Positions 29,338-42,776 of a stretch of 64,000 bases of DNA are shown here, in pieces. The translations under genes and the position numbers were made by a program. The DNA is taken from assembly GCA_964016885.1 (NCBI GenBank), contig OZ024743.1:107508001-107572000 (forward strand). The letters run 5' to 3'. The notes beneath the pieces were generated by a model. That model made no database searches, was not told the origin of the DNA, and was given only the letters and a program-made list of their open reading frames with translations. Origin of the DNA: Eledone cirrhosa. Taxonomy: Eukaryota. Position 1 is the first letter of the stretch. Each line of letters begins with the position of its first letter.

Positions 29338-30034
29338 TGTTGGACAATGTATATAGTTGGAACATCGGACAATATGTACTGCCGAGGTTTCCTGCCTTTT
29401 ATACCTCTAATAAAAATACCAGTCCCACACTCTGCCTCTTCCACCAACATCATTTTCTCCTGAGTCAAGGAAGGGATAGCTCAGAATATATGTGATTATT
29501 TGTGACACTGTGGATACATAAACCCACCAGTCAAAGCAAAGTCTAAAATACCCAAATCATCGTCGATTGCGTTGGAAGCCCTTAGTTTAATTTAATATGC
29601 TGCGCCATCCATTATTTGTTATAAACTATTAGACATTGCACGAACATTTTAATACAACTTCCAGCTCTTATCAGAACTCTATACCTGATTTAAAGAAAAG
29701 CCAGCAAAATAAAACGGCAACTCTTTTATACAAGTTTTATAATTTTCTTGGTATGATTAAAGAAAGCCCTTTTCCATTCTAGTCACAGTCCGCTACAAGA
29801 ACGAGTATTTCGAGATTCTGTAATTGCAAAAAACCAATTGGTTTGATCACATATACCATTCCGATATATTCTGCTAGGAGAATAAGAAGAAGATAAATTA
29901 CATTTCTTTCGCTTATTCACGTAAATGGAGCACACACGTTCAGCGGTTTTGTGGTTTACAGTTATATATGCATTACATATATGTGTCTATGTAAATCTTA
30001 CACGTATATTCGTACATATGTACAGGCATCCTTT

Positions 30035-30079
<45 letters not shown>

Positions 30080-30953
30080 TCTATACGTTTTATGTGAGTG
30101 TGTTATGTGTGAGTATACCTACATGTGTGTGTGTGTAGATGTGAGATTAGGGGTTCATGTATGTGTGTGTGTGTGTAGGTTTGGGCAGTTGTACCTTTGT
30201 GTTTGTATATATCACTGTGGTTGCGTGCTTATGTGTCTGATTTTGCGTATGTGTATGTTCCTATGATTGTGTGTGGGTTCCTATGTAATTCTGTGTATGT
30301 AGATGCATGTTTTGGGGAAGTGGCTATGTGCGCGCAATTTAAAACTAACATACGGCTTCCATCTAAAATATATCTATATATAAATACCAATATAAATAGA
30401 TCTAAAAAAATAAAAGGAGAAAAGGAAAAAAATAGTTACATGAAGATTTCATCTCAGCTTTTGATAGACTTCCTTGATTGTGCAAGCGCATGCGCATACA
30501 CTCGTGGATCTGTGTTGGCGTTTCGTTTTGTTTCTGGCAGATTGTAAACGTATGTAACGGAATACTTTTATGTAGTCGTGCTCAAATTTACGTGGATATA
30601 ACATATGTGTGAAGGCGCATGTGTTACTGACTAGGGGGGTTAGCATCATGTATGCATGCTCGTTAGATCGATAATGTATATTCTGTATGGGTGGCGTATT
30701 GTGTCCTTCAGCAATCTATTATATTTCACTTTGCTTCAATACACCCGACTCTTAAAAATGAGTTGTACTTGTAATGGAAAAATACATCCATGTAAAACAG
30801 AATGGCACATAGCGAATCTCCCTGAGAAGAAAATTATGGTTGAGCGTGTCTGAAATGTTCAGACATTTCCGTTAATTTCACATGAACAATTGCCACCGTA
30901 AAAGACGTAAGTACAGCACACCAACATAGTTAAAATACGTAGATGTTAAAGAG

Positions 30954-31049
<96 letters not shown>

Positions 31050-31189
31050 ATCTATCTATATATCTATATATAATAGAAAAACACGAGGCTGTTTCGATTA
31101 CATATGAAACATAAGTATTGTGTATCGACCTGTTTCGCAGGTTTCGCAGAGGATTGGCTCAAGTTGACCCATAGGAGTTATGGACCTGA

Positions 31190-31599
31190 GAGAATAAAGA
31201 CCATCAAACCTGGTTGGAATGTAAGCAAGGAAGGAATTCCGTACAGGTCTAACGGGAGGAAGAAGTGATCTAGTCTGTGATTTCGGTGAACGTAAGTTCT
31301 GTGAAATCGTAGACGAGAGAGAGAAACTCTCTCTGTTAGCCTCTTCCTCACCCTTCACTCACTCATTCTCTGTTACTACCTCTCCTCCTCCTCCTTCTTC
31401 CCGTTTGACCTGTGCGTAATTCTTTTCTTTCGCACGCTTGGTCTGGCAGGTCGCTTTTTTTCTCTCTCTCGTCTACGATTTCACAGAACTTACGTTCACC
31501 GAAATCACAGACTAGATCCCTTCTTCCTCCCGTTAGACCTGTACGGAATTCCTTCCTTGCTTACATTCCAACCAGGTTTGATGGTCTTTATTCTCTCTC
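31190..31599. repeat. Near-perfect inverted repeat, ~135-bp arms with ~130-bp spacer
   Basis: 31190-31327 is the reverse complement of about 31459-31598; the ORF track shows the same peptide (SLSSTISQNLRSPKSQTRSLLPPVRPVRNSFLAYIPTRFDGLYSL) on both strands. Confidence 0.9.
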
Positions 31600-31828
31600 G
31601 TTCACGATTTCACCAAATTTAAATTCATAGAAATTTAGGACTTGACTCCTTCTTCCTCACTTTTCGTTGCTTCACCATTTTTGTTTGTTTACACTCGTGT
31701 TCCCTTTATTTACGTGTCCCAACGACTTTTTTTAGCCGTTGCTCGCACCAACCGGAGGAGGTATATGGTCTTTAAAGCGTTGAAATACCAATGGTGGTTG
31801 GAAGATCACTGATGAAGGACTAACTTTA

Positions 31829-31961
<133 letters not shown>

Positions 31962-32014
31962 GTGGGAAAGTGAAAAATCGGAGAATAGACCGTTAAAACA
32001 TGTTTATTTAAAAT

Positions 32015-32057
32015 ATCACCTACGTACGTTTCGCCCAGTTGGGCTTCTCAAGGGCAT
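32015..32057 (-). ncRNA. Decayed minimal hammerhead ribozyme
   Basis: tgccc-TTGAGAA-gccc-aact-gggc-GAAA-cgtacg-TA-ggtg: perfect stem II, palindromic stem III, GUA triplet, scrambled CTGANGA box. Confidence 0.45.
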
Positions 32058-32319
32058 AAACAATCACAAGTGTTCCTTATATAGTTCGGAAAGAGTTTTG
32101 GGTGTTAAATCCACATCAAGATTCATTGCTCGCAAAAATATCTTGTTTTGATTTTGCAGCAGGTCAAGGGAGGTAACTTTCGCCGGTGTTAGGGCAGTCT
32201 TTCCCGGATAATTTTTGGTATGCGGGGATTGTTTTCTGGGTGTTATATATATATATAGTGTGTGTGGCTGAGTGGTGGTTAGAGTGAAGATGTGTGGCTG
32301 AGTGGTTAGATTGAAGGCC

Positions 32320-32432
32320 TGTGGCTGAGTGTTTAGAGAATTGGATTCACAATCTTGAGGTTGTGAGTTCAATTCCTGGACCGGGCGATGCGTTATGTCC
32401 TAGAGCAAGACACTTTATTTCACGTTGCTCCT
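32320..32432 (+). mobile_element. tRNA-derived CORE-like SINE
   Basis: A box gtggctgagtg, B box gagttcaattcc, then tgtcctagagcaagacacttt (CORE-like); the A-box segment is tandemly triplicated upstream (32263-32330). Confidence 0.7.
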
Positions 32433-32885
32433 TCTACATGGAGTTGCGACCGATAGATAGTAGTAGCAACTGGAAAGACCGACGAAAACATTGCTTCCTC
32501 GGTCCGATTTGATGAAAAGTCGGTCGGTTAAACAAAAGAAAAAAAACAAATATATATATATATTCTTGTTTGTATATATGTGTGTGCGTCTCCGGATGTG
32601 TGAATGAGTGTTTGTGCGTGTGTCTCCGCGCATGTGGGATTGACTATATGTAGGTTTGATTGTGGTTTTATATTCCGAAAATTAGCGGCAAATATTCTTT
32701 GGGTATTTGTCAATGAAATCGCAGTGTTTCATGTATGTATATGTGAAGTGGATTGCACAAAATGAAGGCCCACAAACAGGTAGAAATACAATATCATTAA
32801 TCTTACAACGACGATTGCATAAAAAACCCCCCAGATATTTGCATGCCCAGATACATTACACAAATACATACACACACAAATGTGT

Positions 32886-32960
<75 letters not shown>

Positions 32961-33098
32961 GATAAATCTACCAAGAGTTTACGGTAGTGTCCAATCCGTA
33001 TGAAGAACTCAATGTAATCCGGATATCATATATATTTATATATATATAGAATAGAATGAAACGAAATTTCATTTCTCATTCTTAATACGGCAGTTACT

Positions 33099-33364
33099 TA
33101 AATGTAGGTATGTATGTATACGTACATACATATATGTATACAGACGTACAGTAGTATGTATATATATACATACATGCACACATATATATATATATGCACG
33201 TATCGGTTTACCGAACATTTATTATAATGTTTACAAACAAACAAACCGAGCATTATAATAAATGTTCGGTAAACCGATACGTGCATGTATATATGTGTGC
33301 ATATATATACATCCTACTTTACGTCTGTATACATATATGTATGTACGTATACATACATACTTAC

Positions 33365-33369
<5 letters not shown>
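33099..33369. repeat. Fold-back palindrome, ~125-bp arms
   Basis: atgcacgtatcggtttaccgaacatttattataatg / cattataataaatgttcggtaaaccgatacgtgcat, with pairing continuing outward. Confidence 0.88.
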
Positions 33370-33435
<66 letters not shown>

Positions 33436-33946
33436 CGCAAAAATACATACGTGCATAAATCAATTCATACACATATACACATATGCACAAATTTACATAT
33501 ATGGTTATATAGTTACATTTGTTCAAATACATATGCATGCATAGTCATGCATGCATATAAATACTTACATACATACATATATACATACGTACATACATAC
33601 ATACTTACATATATATATACATACACACAAAAAAAATGTTTGTGAAATTATAAAACCAGAAGAACATACATACATACATACATACATACATACATACATA
33701 CATACATACATACAAATTTACACTGTTACGGAAATTCTGTTTGATGAAAAGAAAATGAAATTATAAATGACAGTTTGATGTGAAACATTCGACTTTCAGT
33801 TACATCAAAACACGGAAACTTTTGATCAACTCCGCCATAATTAGTCGATAATCAATATGTCTACCATGACAAATCTTATGTGTTTATTTATGTATATGTC
33901 TGTCTGTATGTCTGTATGCATCTATATATAGATGTATGTATGCATT

Positions 33947-33996
<50 letters not shown>

Positions 33997-34160
33997 ATTA
34001 TATAAATATGAATGTAAACATATATATAGTATATAAATTTATAGTATAATATACAAAGATACATATATATTATATAATTTAAACATATAATATATAATAT
34101 ATATTGTTATACTTTGGGAGGGTCATGTTGCCAATAAGAACCTTGCTTAACAAATTCAGA

Positions 34161-37100
34161 AACCAGTTCCTGTACACAGCTAAGTATTCTATAAGTCTCT
34201 AGCTGTGTCATTCTCGATAAAAGCACTGGATATGTAGTCCTGATGATTTCTAACAAGAATGAAACGCGTAGATTACTTCCCTTGCTTTTATCGAGAATCT
34301 AATTGTAATACGTGACGTATTCTATTCTATAGCGATTAGGTCTTCAAAATGTTTATTATAAACATACAGAATATTTTCGAATATTCTATGTCTATATTCA
34401 CATATATATCGCTATTTCAGAGCATTTATTCCAATTTCTAATTTCTGCCGGACCGGCAACCGCTCTTTCAAACCAGTTCCTGTACACAGCTAAGTATTCT
34501 ATAAGTCTCTAGCTGTGTCATTCTCGATAAAAGCACTGGATATGTTGTCCTGATGATTTCTAACAAGAATGAAACGCGTAGATTACTTCCCTTGCTTTTA
34601 TCGAGAATCTAATTGTAATACGTGACGTATTCTATTCTATAGCGATTAGGTCTTCAAAATGTTTATTATAAACATACAGAATATTTTCGAATATTCTATG
34701 TCTATATTCACATATATATCGCTATTTCAGAGCATTTATTCCAATTTCTAATTTCTGCCGGACCGGCTACCGCTCTTTCAAACCAGTTCCTGTACACAGC
34801 TAAGTATTCTATAAGTCTCTAGCTGTGTCATTCTCGATAAAAGCACTGGATATGTAGTCCTGATGATTTCTAACAAGAATGAAACGCGTAGATTACTTCC
34901 CTTGCTTTTATCGAGAATCTAATTGTAATACGTGACGTATTCTATTCTATAGCGATTAGGTCTTCAAAATGTTTATTATAAACATACAGAATATTTTCGA
35001 ATATTCTATGTCTATATTCACATATATATCGCTATTTCAGAGCATTTATTCCAATTTCTAATTTCTGCCGGACCGGCAACCGCTCTTTCAAACCAGTTCC
35101 TGTACACAGCTAAGTATTCTATAAGTCTCTAGCTGTGTCATTCTCGATAAAAGCACTGGATATGTAGTCCTGATGATTTCTAACAAGAATGAAACGCGTA
35201 GATTACTTCCCTTGCTTTTATCGAGAATCTAATTGTAATACGTGACGTATTCTATTCTATAGCGATTAGGTCTTCAAAATGTTTATTATAAACATACAGA
35301 ATATTTTCGAATATTCTATGTCTATATTCACATATATATCGCTATTTCAGAGCATTTATTCCAATTTCTAATTTCTGCCGGACCGGCAACCGCTCTTTCA
35401 AACCAGTTCCTGTACACAGCTAAGTATTCTATAAGTCTCTAGCTGTGTCATTCTCGATAAAAGCACTGGATATGTAGTCCTGATGATTTCTAACAAGAAT
35501 GAAACGCGTAGATTACTTCCCTTGCTTTTATCGAGAATCTAATTGTAATACGTGACGTATTCTATTCTATAGCGATTAGGTCTTCAAAATGTTTATTATA
35601 AACATACAGAATATTTTCGAATATTCTATGTCTATATTCACATATATATCGCTATTTCAGAGCATTTATTCCAATTTCTAATTTCTGCCGGACCGGCAAC
35701 CGCTCTTTCAAACCAGTTCCTGTACACAGCTAAGTATTCTATAAGTCTCTAGCTGTGTCATTCTCGATAAAAGCACTGGATATGTAGTCCTGATGATTTC
35801 TAACAAGAATGAAACGCGTAGATTACTTCCCTTGCTTTTATCGAGAATCTAATTGTAATACGTGACGTATTCTATTCTATAGCGATTAGGTCTTCAAAAT
35901 GTTTATTATAAACATACAGAATATTTTCGAATATTCTATGTCTATATTCACATATATATCGCTATTTCAGAGCATTTATTCCAATTTCTAATTTCTGCCG
36001 GACCGGCAACCGCTCTTTCAAACCAGTTCCTGTACACAGCTAAGTATTCTATAAGTCTCTAGCTGTGTCATTCTCGATAAAAGCACTGGATATGTAGTCC
36101 TGATGATTTCTAACAAGAATGAAACGCGTAGATTACTTCCCTTGCTTTTATCGAGAATCTAATTGTAATACGTGACGTATTCTATTCTATAGCGATTAGG
36201 TCTTCAAAATGTTTATTATAAACATACAGAATATTTTCGAATATTCTATGTCTATATTCACATATATATCGCTATTTCAGAGCATTTATTCCAATTTCTA
36301 ATTTCTGCCGGACCGGCAACCGCTCTTTCAAACCAGTTCCTGTACACAGCTAAGTATTCTATAAGTCTCTAGCTGTGTCATTCTCGATAAAAGCACTGGA
36401 TATGTAGTCCTGATGATTTCTAACAAGAATGAAACGCGTAGATTACTTCCCTTGCTTTTATCGAGAATCTAATTGTAATACGTGACGTATTCTATTCTAT
36501 AGCGATTAGGTCTTCAAAATGTTTATTATAAACATACAGAATATTTTCGAATATTCTATGTCTATATTCACATATATATCGCTATTTCAGAGCATTTATT
36601 CCAATTTCTAATTTCTGCCGGACCGGCAACCGCTCTTTCAAACCAGTTCCTGTACACAGCTAAGTATTCTATAAGTCTCTAGCTGTGTCATTCTCGATAA
36701 AAGCACTGGATATGTAGTCCTGATGATTTCTAACAAGAATGAAACGCGTAGATTACTTCCCTTGCTTTTATCGAGAATCTAATTGTAATACGTGACGTAT
36801 TCTATTCTATAGCGATTAGGTCTTCAAAATGTTTATTATAAACATACAGAATATTTTCGAATATTCTATGTCTATATTCACATATATATCGCTATTTCAG
36901 AGCATTTATTCCAATTTCTAATTTCTGCCGGACCGGCAACCGCTCTTTCAAACCAGTTCCTGTACACAGCTAAGTATTCTATAAGTCTCTAGCTGTGTCA
37001 TTCTCGATAAAAGCACTGGATATGTAGTCCTGATGATTTCTAACAAGAATGAAACGCGTAGATTACTTCCCTTGCTTTTATCGAGAATCTAATTGTAATA

Positions 37101-38116
37101 CGTGACGTATTCTATTCTATAGCGATTAGGTCTTCAAAATGTTTATTATAAACATACAGAATATTTTCGAATATTCTATGTCTATATTCACATATATATC
37201 GCTATTTCAGAGCATTTATTCCAATTTCTAATTTCTGCCGGACCGGCAACCGCTCTTTCAAACCAGTTCCTGTACACAGCTAAGTATTCTATAAGTCTCT
37301 AGCTGTGTCATTCTCGATAAAAGCACTGGATATGTAGTCCTGATGATTTCTAACAAGAATGAAACGCGTAGATTACTTCCCTTGCTTTTATCGAGAATCT
37401 AATTGTAATACGTGACGTATTCTATTCTATAGCGATTAGGTCTTCAAAATGTTTATTATAAACATACAGAATATTTTCGAATATTCTATGTCTATATTCA
37501 CATATATATCGCTATTTCAGAGCATTTATTCCAATTTCTAATTTCTGCCGGACCGGCAACCGCTCTTTCAAACCAGTTCCTGTACACAGCTAAGTATTCT
37601 ATAAGTCTCTAGCTGTGTCATTCTCGATAAAAGCACTGGATATGTAGTCCTGATGATTTCTAACAAGAATGAAACGCGTAGATTACTTCCCTTGCTTTTA
37701 TCGAGAATCTAATTGTAATACGTGACGTATTCTATTCTATAGCGATTAGGTCTTCAAAATGTTTATTATAAACATACAGAATATTTTCGAATATTCTATG
37801 TCTATATTCACATATATATCGCTATTTCAGAGCATTTATTCCAATTTCTAATTTCTGCCGGACCGGCAACCGCTCTTTCAAACCAGTTCCTGTACACAGC
37901 TAAGTATTCTATAAGTCTCTAGCTGTGTCATTCTCGATAAAAGCACTGGATATGTAGTCCTGATGATTTCTAACAAGAATGAAACGCGTAGATTACTTCC
38001 CTTGCTTTTATCGAGAATCTAATTGTAATACGTGACGTATTCTATTCTATAGCGATTAGGTCTTCAAAATGTTTATTATAAACATACAGAATATTTTCGA
38101 ATATTCTATGTCTATA

Positions 38117-38120
<4 letters not shown>
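34161..38120 (+). repeat. Tandem array of 310-bp hammerhead-containing units (12 full plus one 240-bp partial); retrozyme-like
   Basis: Units start at 34161+310n (n=0-12). By eye only two substitutions (34546 A>T, 34768 A>T, both in copy 2). The last unit runs into (TA)n. Confidence 0.97.
34210..34298 (+). ncRNA. Type I hammerhead ribozyme, copy 1 of 13 (repeats every 310 bp up to 37930-38018)
   Basis: attctcgataaaagca-ct-gga-tat-gtagtc-CTGATGA-t-ttct-aaca-agaa-t-GAAA-cgcg-TA-gattac-t-tcc-ct-tgcttttatcgagaat. Stem I has 6 bp + 3 bp + a perfect 16 bp; stem II has 4 bp; palindromic minimal stem III ACGCGT; predicted cleavage after GUA at 34270+310n. Confidence 0.88.
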
Positions 38121-38153
<33 letters not shown>

Positions 38154-38212
38154 CGCTTCTGAATTTGTTTAGCAAGATTCTTTATCTGAAAACGTGTTTT
38201 GTAAACGATATT

Positions 38213-39134
38213 GTTATACTTTGAGAGGGTCATGTTGCCAATAACAAACACACGCACCAGTAACTTTCACTCCAAATTATTATAAATTAGATTTATAAAT
38301 TTAAGAAATTTGTAAATTTCCAGTTGTTTGGTTGGTTCCACAACCGGACCGTTGTTCATATATTGTCAAAGTTCTTTCGTCACATATTCTGTGACCTCTT
38401 CAGTGACTGGAATTCTTTTCTTTGTGTTGTGCTTCGCCTTTGTTCTGTCCTACGCAATCTTGTTTTTGTGTGTGTTGAGTGCTTAGTTTGCGCATGTTTT
38501 ACATCCGGGTGTCAGTGTGTGTTTTTATTTGTTTCTTTATTTGTTTATTTACATGTTACTAGTTGGTTGTTTGTTCTATGCATATGTGTTTTCATTGTGT
38601 CCTTAATTGTAAGTTGTGATGTTGCTATTCCATTCATGTTTTCTATTTAATCTTGGTTGGAGTTCATTTATGTTCATTTATGTATAAATGAACTCCAACC
38701 AAAATTAAATAGAAAATGTGAATGGAATAGCAACATCACAACTTACAATTAAGGACAAAATGAAAACACACATACATAGAACAAACAACCAACTAGTAAC
38801 ATGTAAATAAACAAATAAATAAACAAATAAAAACACACACAGACACCCGGATGTAACACATGCGCAAACTAAGGACACAACACACACAAACACAAGATGG
38901 CGTAGGACAGTATAAAGGAGAGGCCCAAAACAAAGAAAAGAATCCCCAGTTACTGAAGGGGTCACAGAATATGTGACGAAAGAACTTTGACAATATATGA
39001 ACAACCGTCCGGTTGTGGAACAAACCAGCCAACCCTAAATTTACAAATTTCTTAAATTCATAAATTTAATTTATAATAAGTTGGAGTGAAAGCACTGGTG
39101 TGTTTCTTATTGGCAACATGACCCACCCAGAGTA

Positions 39135-39138
<4 letters not shown>
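38213..39138. mobile_element. Large fold-back element (~460-bp arms) with an HHR in each arm
   Basis: 38213-~38678 is the imperfect reverse complement of ~38684-39138; the ORF track shows near-identical peptides on opposite strands (38324+ and 38705-/38793-). Confidence 0.92.
38365..38407 (-). ncRNA. Minimal type I hammerhead ribozyme (mirror copy 38949-38991 plus, with CTGAAGG)
   Basis: gtca-CTGAAGA-g-gtcaca-gaata-tgtgac-GAAA-gaac-TT-tgac: 4-bp stem I, 6-bp stem II, minimal stem III, CUU triplet. Confidence 0.65.
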
Positions 39139-39198
<60 letters not shown>

Positions 39199-39983
39199 AA
39201 TATTTTCGAAACAGCGAGTGGGTTTGAAATTATTAGAAATGTAAGCCGTCGCCGTATTTTGACTAAAGAAATTAAAGAAATTATTTAGCCTGATAGTGGG
39301 GTTATGAGCCCTCGGAGAAATGGAAAAAAATGAGTATTAACGTACATGTACGTCAATACTCATCTTTTTCCAAGCGATAGCTTACATTTCTAATAATATA
39401 TATATATATTATTAGAACAGTTGAGATATAAAAGATACAGAAGATTTCTGGCAATATCATTACAACAATATGACCCTCCCTAAGTATATATATATATATA
39501 TATATTCCTTGAGCTCATTAAATTATAGGGGATTAATGTGAGTCTTTAACTCCGTTTTTTTATTTCTTATTTCGGCCCCTGTTTCATTTCCATGTGGAAG
39601 TTGAGCTTGTTAAGGTGAACTGTTCTCGGCTGCTACTTTTAGCGGTCTTTTAGTCCATTCACACCACCATGGGCTGTATAGCGCGCATTGTTTTCTCTCT
39701 ACTCCATGCGCGCTTACTAGTTGCCTGATATATTATAAGTGTGGATCATACTGTTGTTCCACCTGTTGGTAAGCCCTAATCGGTTTGATTCTAAACTTTA
39801 TATGTGATGAAACATATTTACTGCGTGTCCAGGAGATATAGATATAAACGAATTGTCTGTACATTTTTTTAATTTATTCTTTTAGTTTTTATGTATTTAC
39901 CATTCTGTTCGTATATACTATGCTTTTCACCCTGGTGGTATTTTATCCCCTGTAATTTAACACTCTTTGTGTATTATCCGCTA

Positions 39984-40103
<120 letters not shown>

Positions 40104-40173
40104 TTGAAGACTAAAATCCGAAGAGGGCTCGATAAGGAAAATATATATCAAATATATAAGAACCGTAGAGCAA

Positions 40174-40698
<525 letters not shown>

Positions 40699-40989
40699 GT
40701 GTAGCGGTGCAAGATAATTGCGTCCGTGGGTGGTATATCGGGTGAGTACTCTATGCTCTCGCAGACCAGAGTATTAACAGTATAAGAATAAAGGAACAAG
40801 AATCAGTGTTGAATCATAATATATTTAATAACATATTACATATGTTTCACTCTCGATCAGCTCGAGGAACACATCTGTTATTGATCAATCCTGACTCTGG
40901 ATGAGATTTATCCACGTCAACTTTGCTGTTTATATGAATGGCCCAGCTGATGTTGTTATCAACAATTACTTCCAGGTCTCGGATGTTTT

Positions 40990-41870
40990 TGGATGCCACG
41001 AAGTTTGCACCTTAGGGAAAGGAATATGAGAGTTTCAGTGCTTCCTCTTTTCCAAAGTAGATTAATTCGAATTTATACTCGTTCAGCAGCATATTGTTTT
41101 TTGTTCGCAATGGATAAGAGCAATTAAATATGATTGAAGCCATGTACTGTCACTCACTCCATTAATGTCCTTTTGAAATTATCTGCAAAGTTTCTCATGT
41201 TGATGTGCTTGATGATGTCAGCAATCTCATTGATATATATAACGAAAACGTTGGTTCCAACAGTGTGCCTTGTTAAAAGGTACTACTGATTTTTGCCTGG
41301 ACTTGATTGTACTCCGTTGATCACAAAATGTTGGGATCTGTTTGTCAAGAGTTAAGTGATCCATTGCTGTAACATTCCAGAAACAATAGTTTCGGATAGT
41401 TTTTTCAGTAGAATATTGTGATCAACAGAGGCAGTCCTTAGTTTGTTCAGAGATGTGGAAGATGTTCCATCAATATTGTCCAAAGGCTGTTGACATCACC
41501 TTTAAAACACATCCAAAGCCGCTTCCCATGCTATCCGCTCTCGACAGGAATAGAACTTGCATCTCATAGCTACGATGCTAGACAACTATTTCACCCCAAC
41601 TGATCCAGCTCTCTTTATTATTATACCGAAATACATCACGACATAAATAGATCTCAAATATATTAAAGTTTTCTTGCCAAATTCCTCCAAGAAACCCCGG
41701 ATAAATTACCTTCACCTGCATATGTCTCTGAAAACAACAACGCTGTAATTGTGTCGGACGCGTTGTCCAAAGCATGACTATATTCTGAAGTATACTCTGA
41801 AAGACTTCGCCAGGTGCTGCTATTAAGTTAGATATGGCCCTGGCCAACACTGGATGAAAACTATCATAGG
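40990..41870 (-). mobile_element. CR1/L2-type LINE RT remnant
   Basis: Minus-strand fragments VDHNILLKK, QGTLLEPT...VIYINEI and FADNFK (YADD box). Confidence 0.7.
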
Positions 41871-41908
41871 CATATATATATTTATATATATATATTTATA
41901 TATATATA

Positions 41909-42273
41909 TATTGTTATACTTGGGGCGGGTCAAATTGTTATAATAATATTGCCAGAATTAATAACAGAATACACTCACTGTTTGGTTGGTTTCCGCTTCT
42001 GTATCTTTTATATCAGTTAATTAATTCGGTCCTCAATGTTTACCATTGACTGTTTGTATCTATAATATATCTGTATTTTTGACCGTTGGTCAGTCAATGG
42101 TAAACATTGAGGACCGAATAAATTAACTGATATAAAAGATACAGAAGCGGAAACCAACCAAACAGTGAGTGTCTTATGTTATTAATTCTGGCAATATTAT
42201 TACAACAATATGACCCTCCCGAAGTATAACAATATTTGTTTCAACACACGATTTCATATCAAAAACCTCGCAA

Positions 42274-42280
<7 letters not shown>
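41909..42280. mobile_element. Fold-back element (~145-bp arms) sharing its terminal motif with the 38213 element
   Basis: 41911-42052 is mirrored at 42091-42233; both ends carry ttgttatactt(g/c)ggg(c/a)gggtca; flanked by (TA)n. Confidence 0.88.
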
Positions 42281-42321
<41 letters not shown>

Positions 42322-42335
42322 TTTATTTTTATATA

Positions 42336-42549
<214 letters not shown>

Positions 42550-42685
42550 TATATTTGTGTATAGTGGTAGCTATGATGCTTCCGTAGGCGGTATGCCAAA
42601 ATTAGCACTCGATATTCATCAGAGTTGAGTGTAGATCTTATCAAGAAAACGAAAAATTATTGATGCATCTGGACTTAGTTTATTT

Positions 42686-42776
42686 CGTGTTACAAATGTT
42701 TCGCCGGCATGTAGCTCGAGTCATGGTCCTTGTATGGATCTGGCTGATTCTTTTTCCGCGGGTTCTTTCAGACACG
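42686..42776 (-). ncRNA. Decayed hammerhead ribozyme
   Basis: cgtgt-CTGAAAGA-...ccggc-GAAA-catttg-TA-acacg: perfect 5-bp stem I, GUA triplet, one extra base in the CTGANGA box. Confidence 0.5.

Noticed and set aside
32320-32400. tRNA gene
   Set aside because: A and B boxes are present, but there is no clean cloverleaf and the sequence continues into a SINE body; the same holds for ~63500.
34330-34350. Second (antisense) hammerhead in the 310-bp unit, which would make it ambisense/viroid-like
   Set aside because: The minus strand has only TTGAAGA, with no correctly placed GAAA box or closing stems.
34161-38120. CRISPR array or rolling-circle ORF interpretation of the tandem array
   Set aside because: Units are identical with no variable spacers, no cas genes are present, the context is eukaryotic, and the ORF track shows no ORF within the units.
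40830-40885. Hammerhead on the minus strand (GAAAcatatgTA)
   Set aside because: Only the 3' box is recognisable; the CTGANGA box and stem I are too degraded to call.
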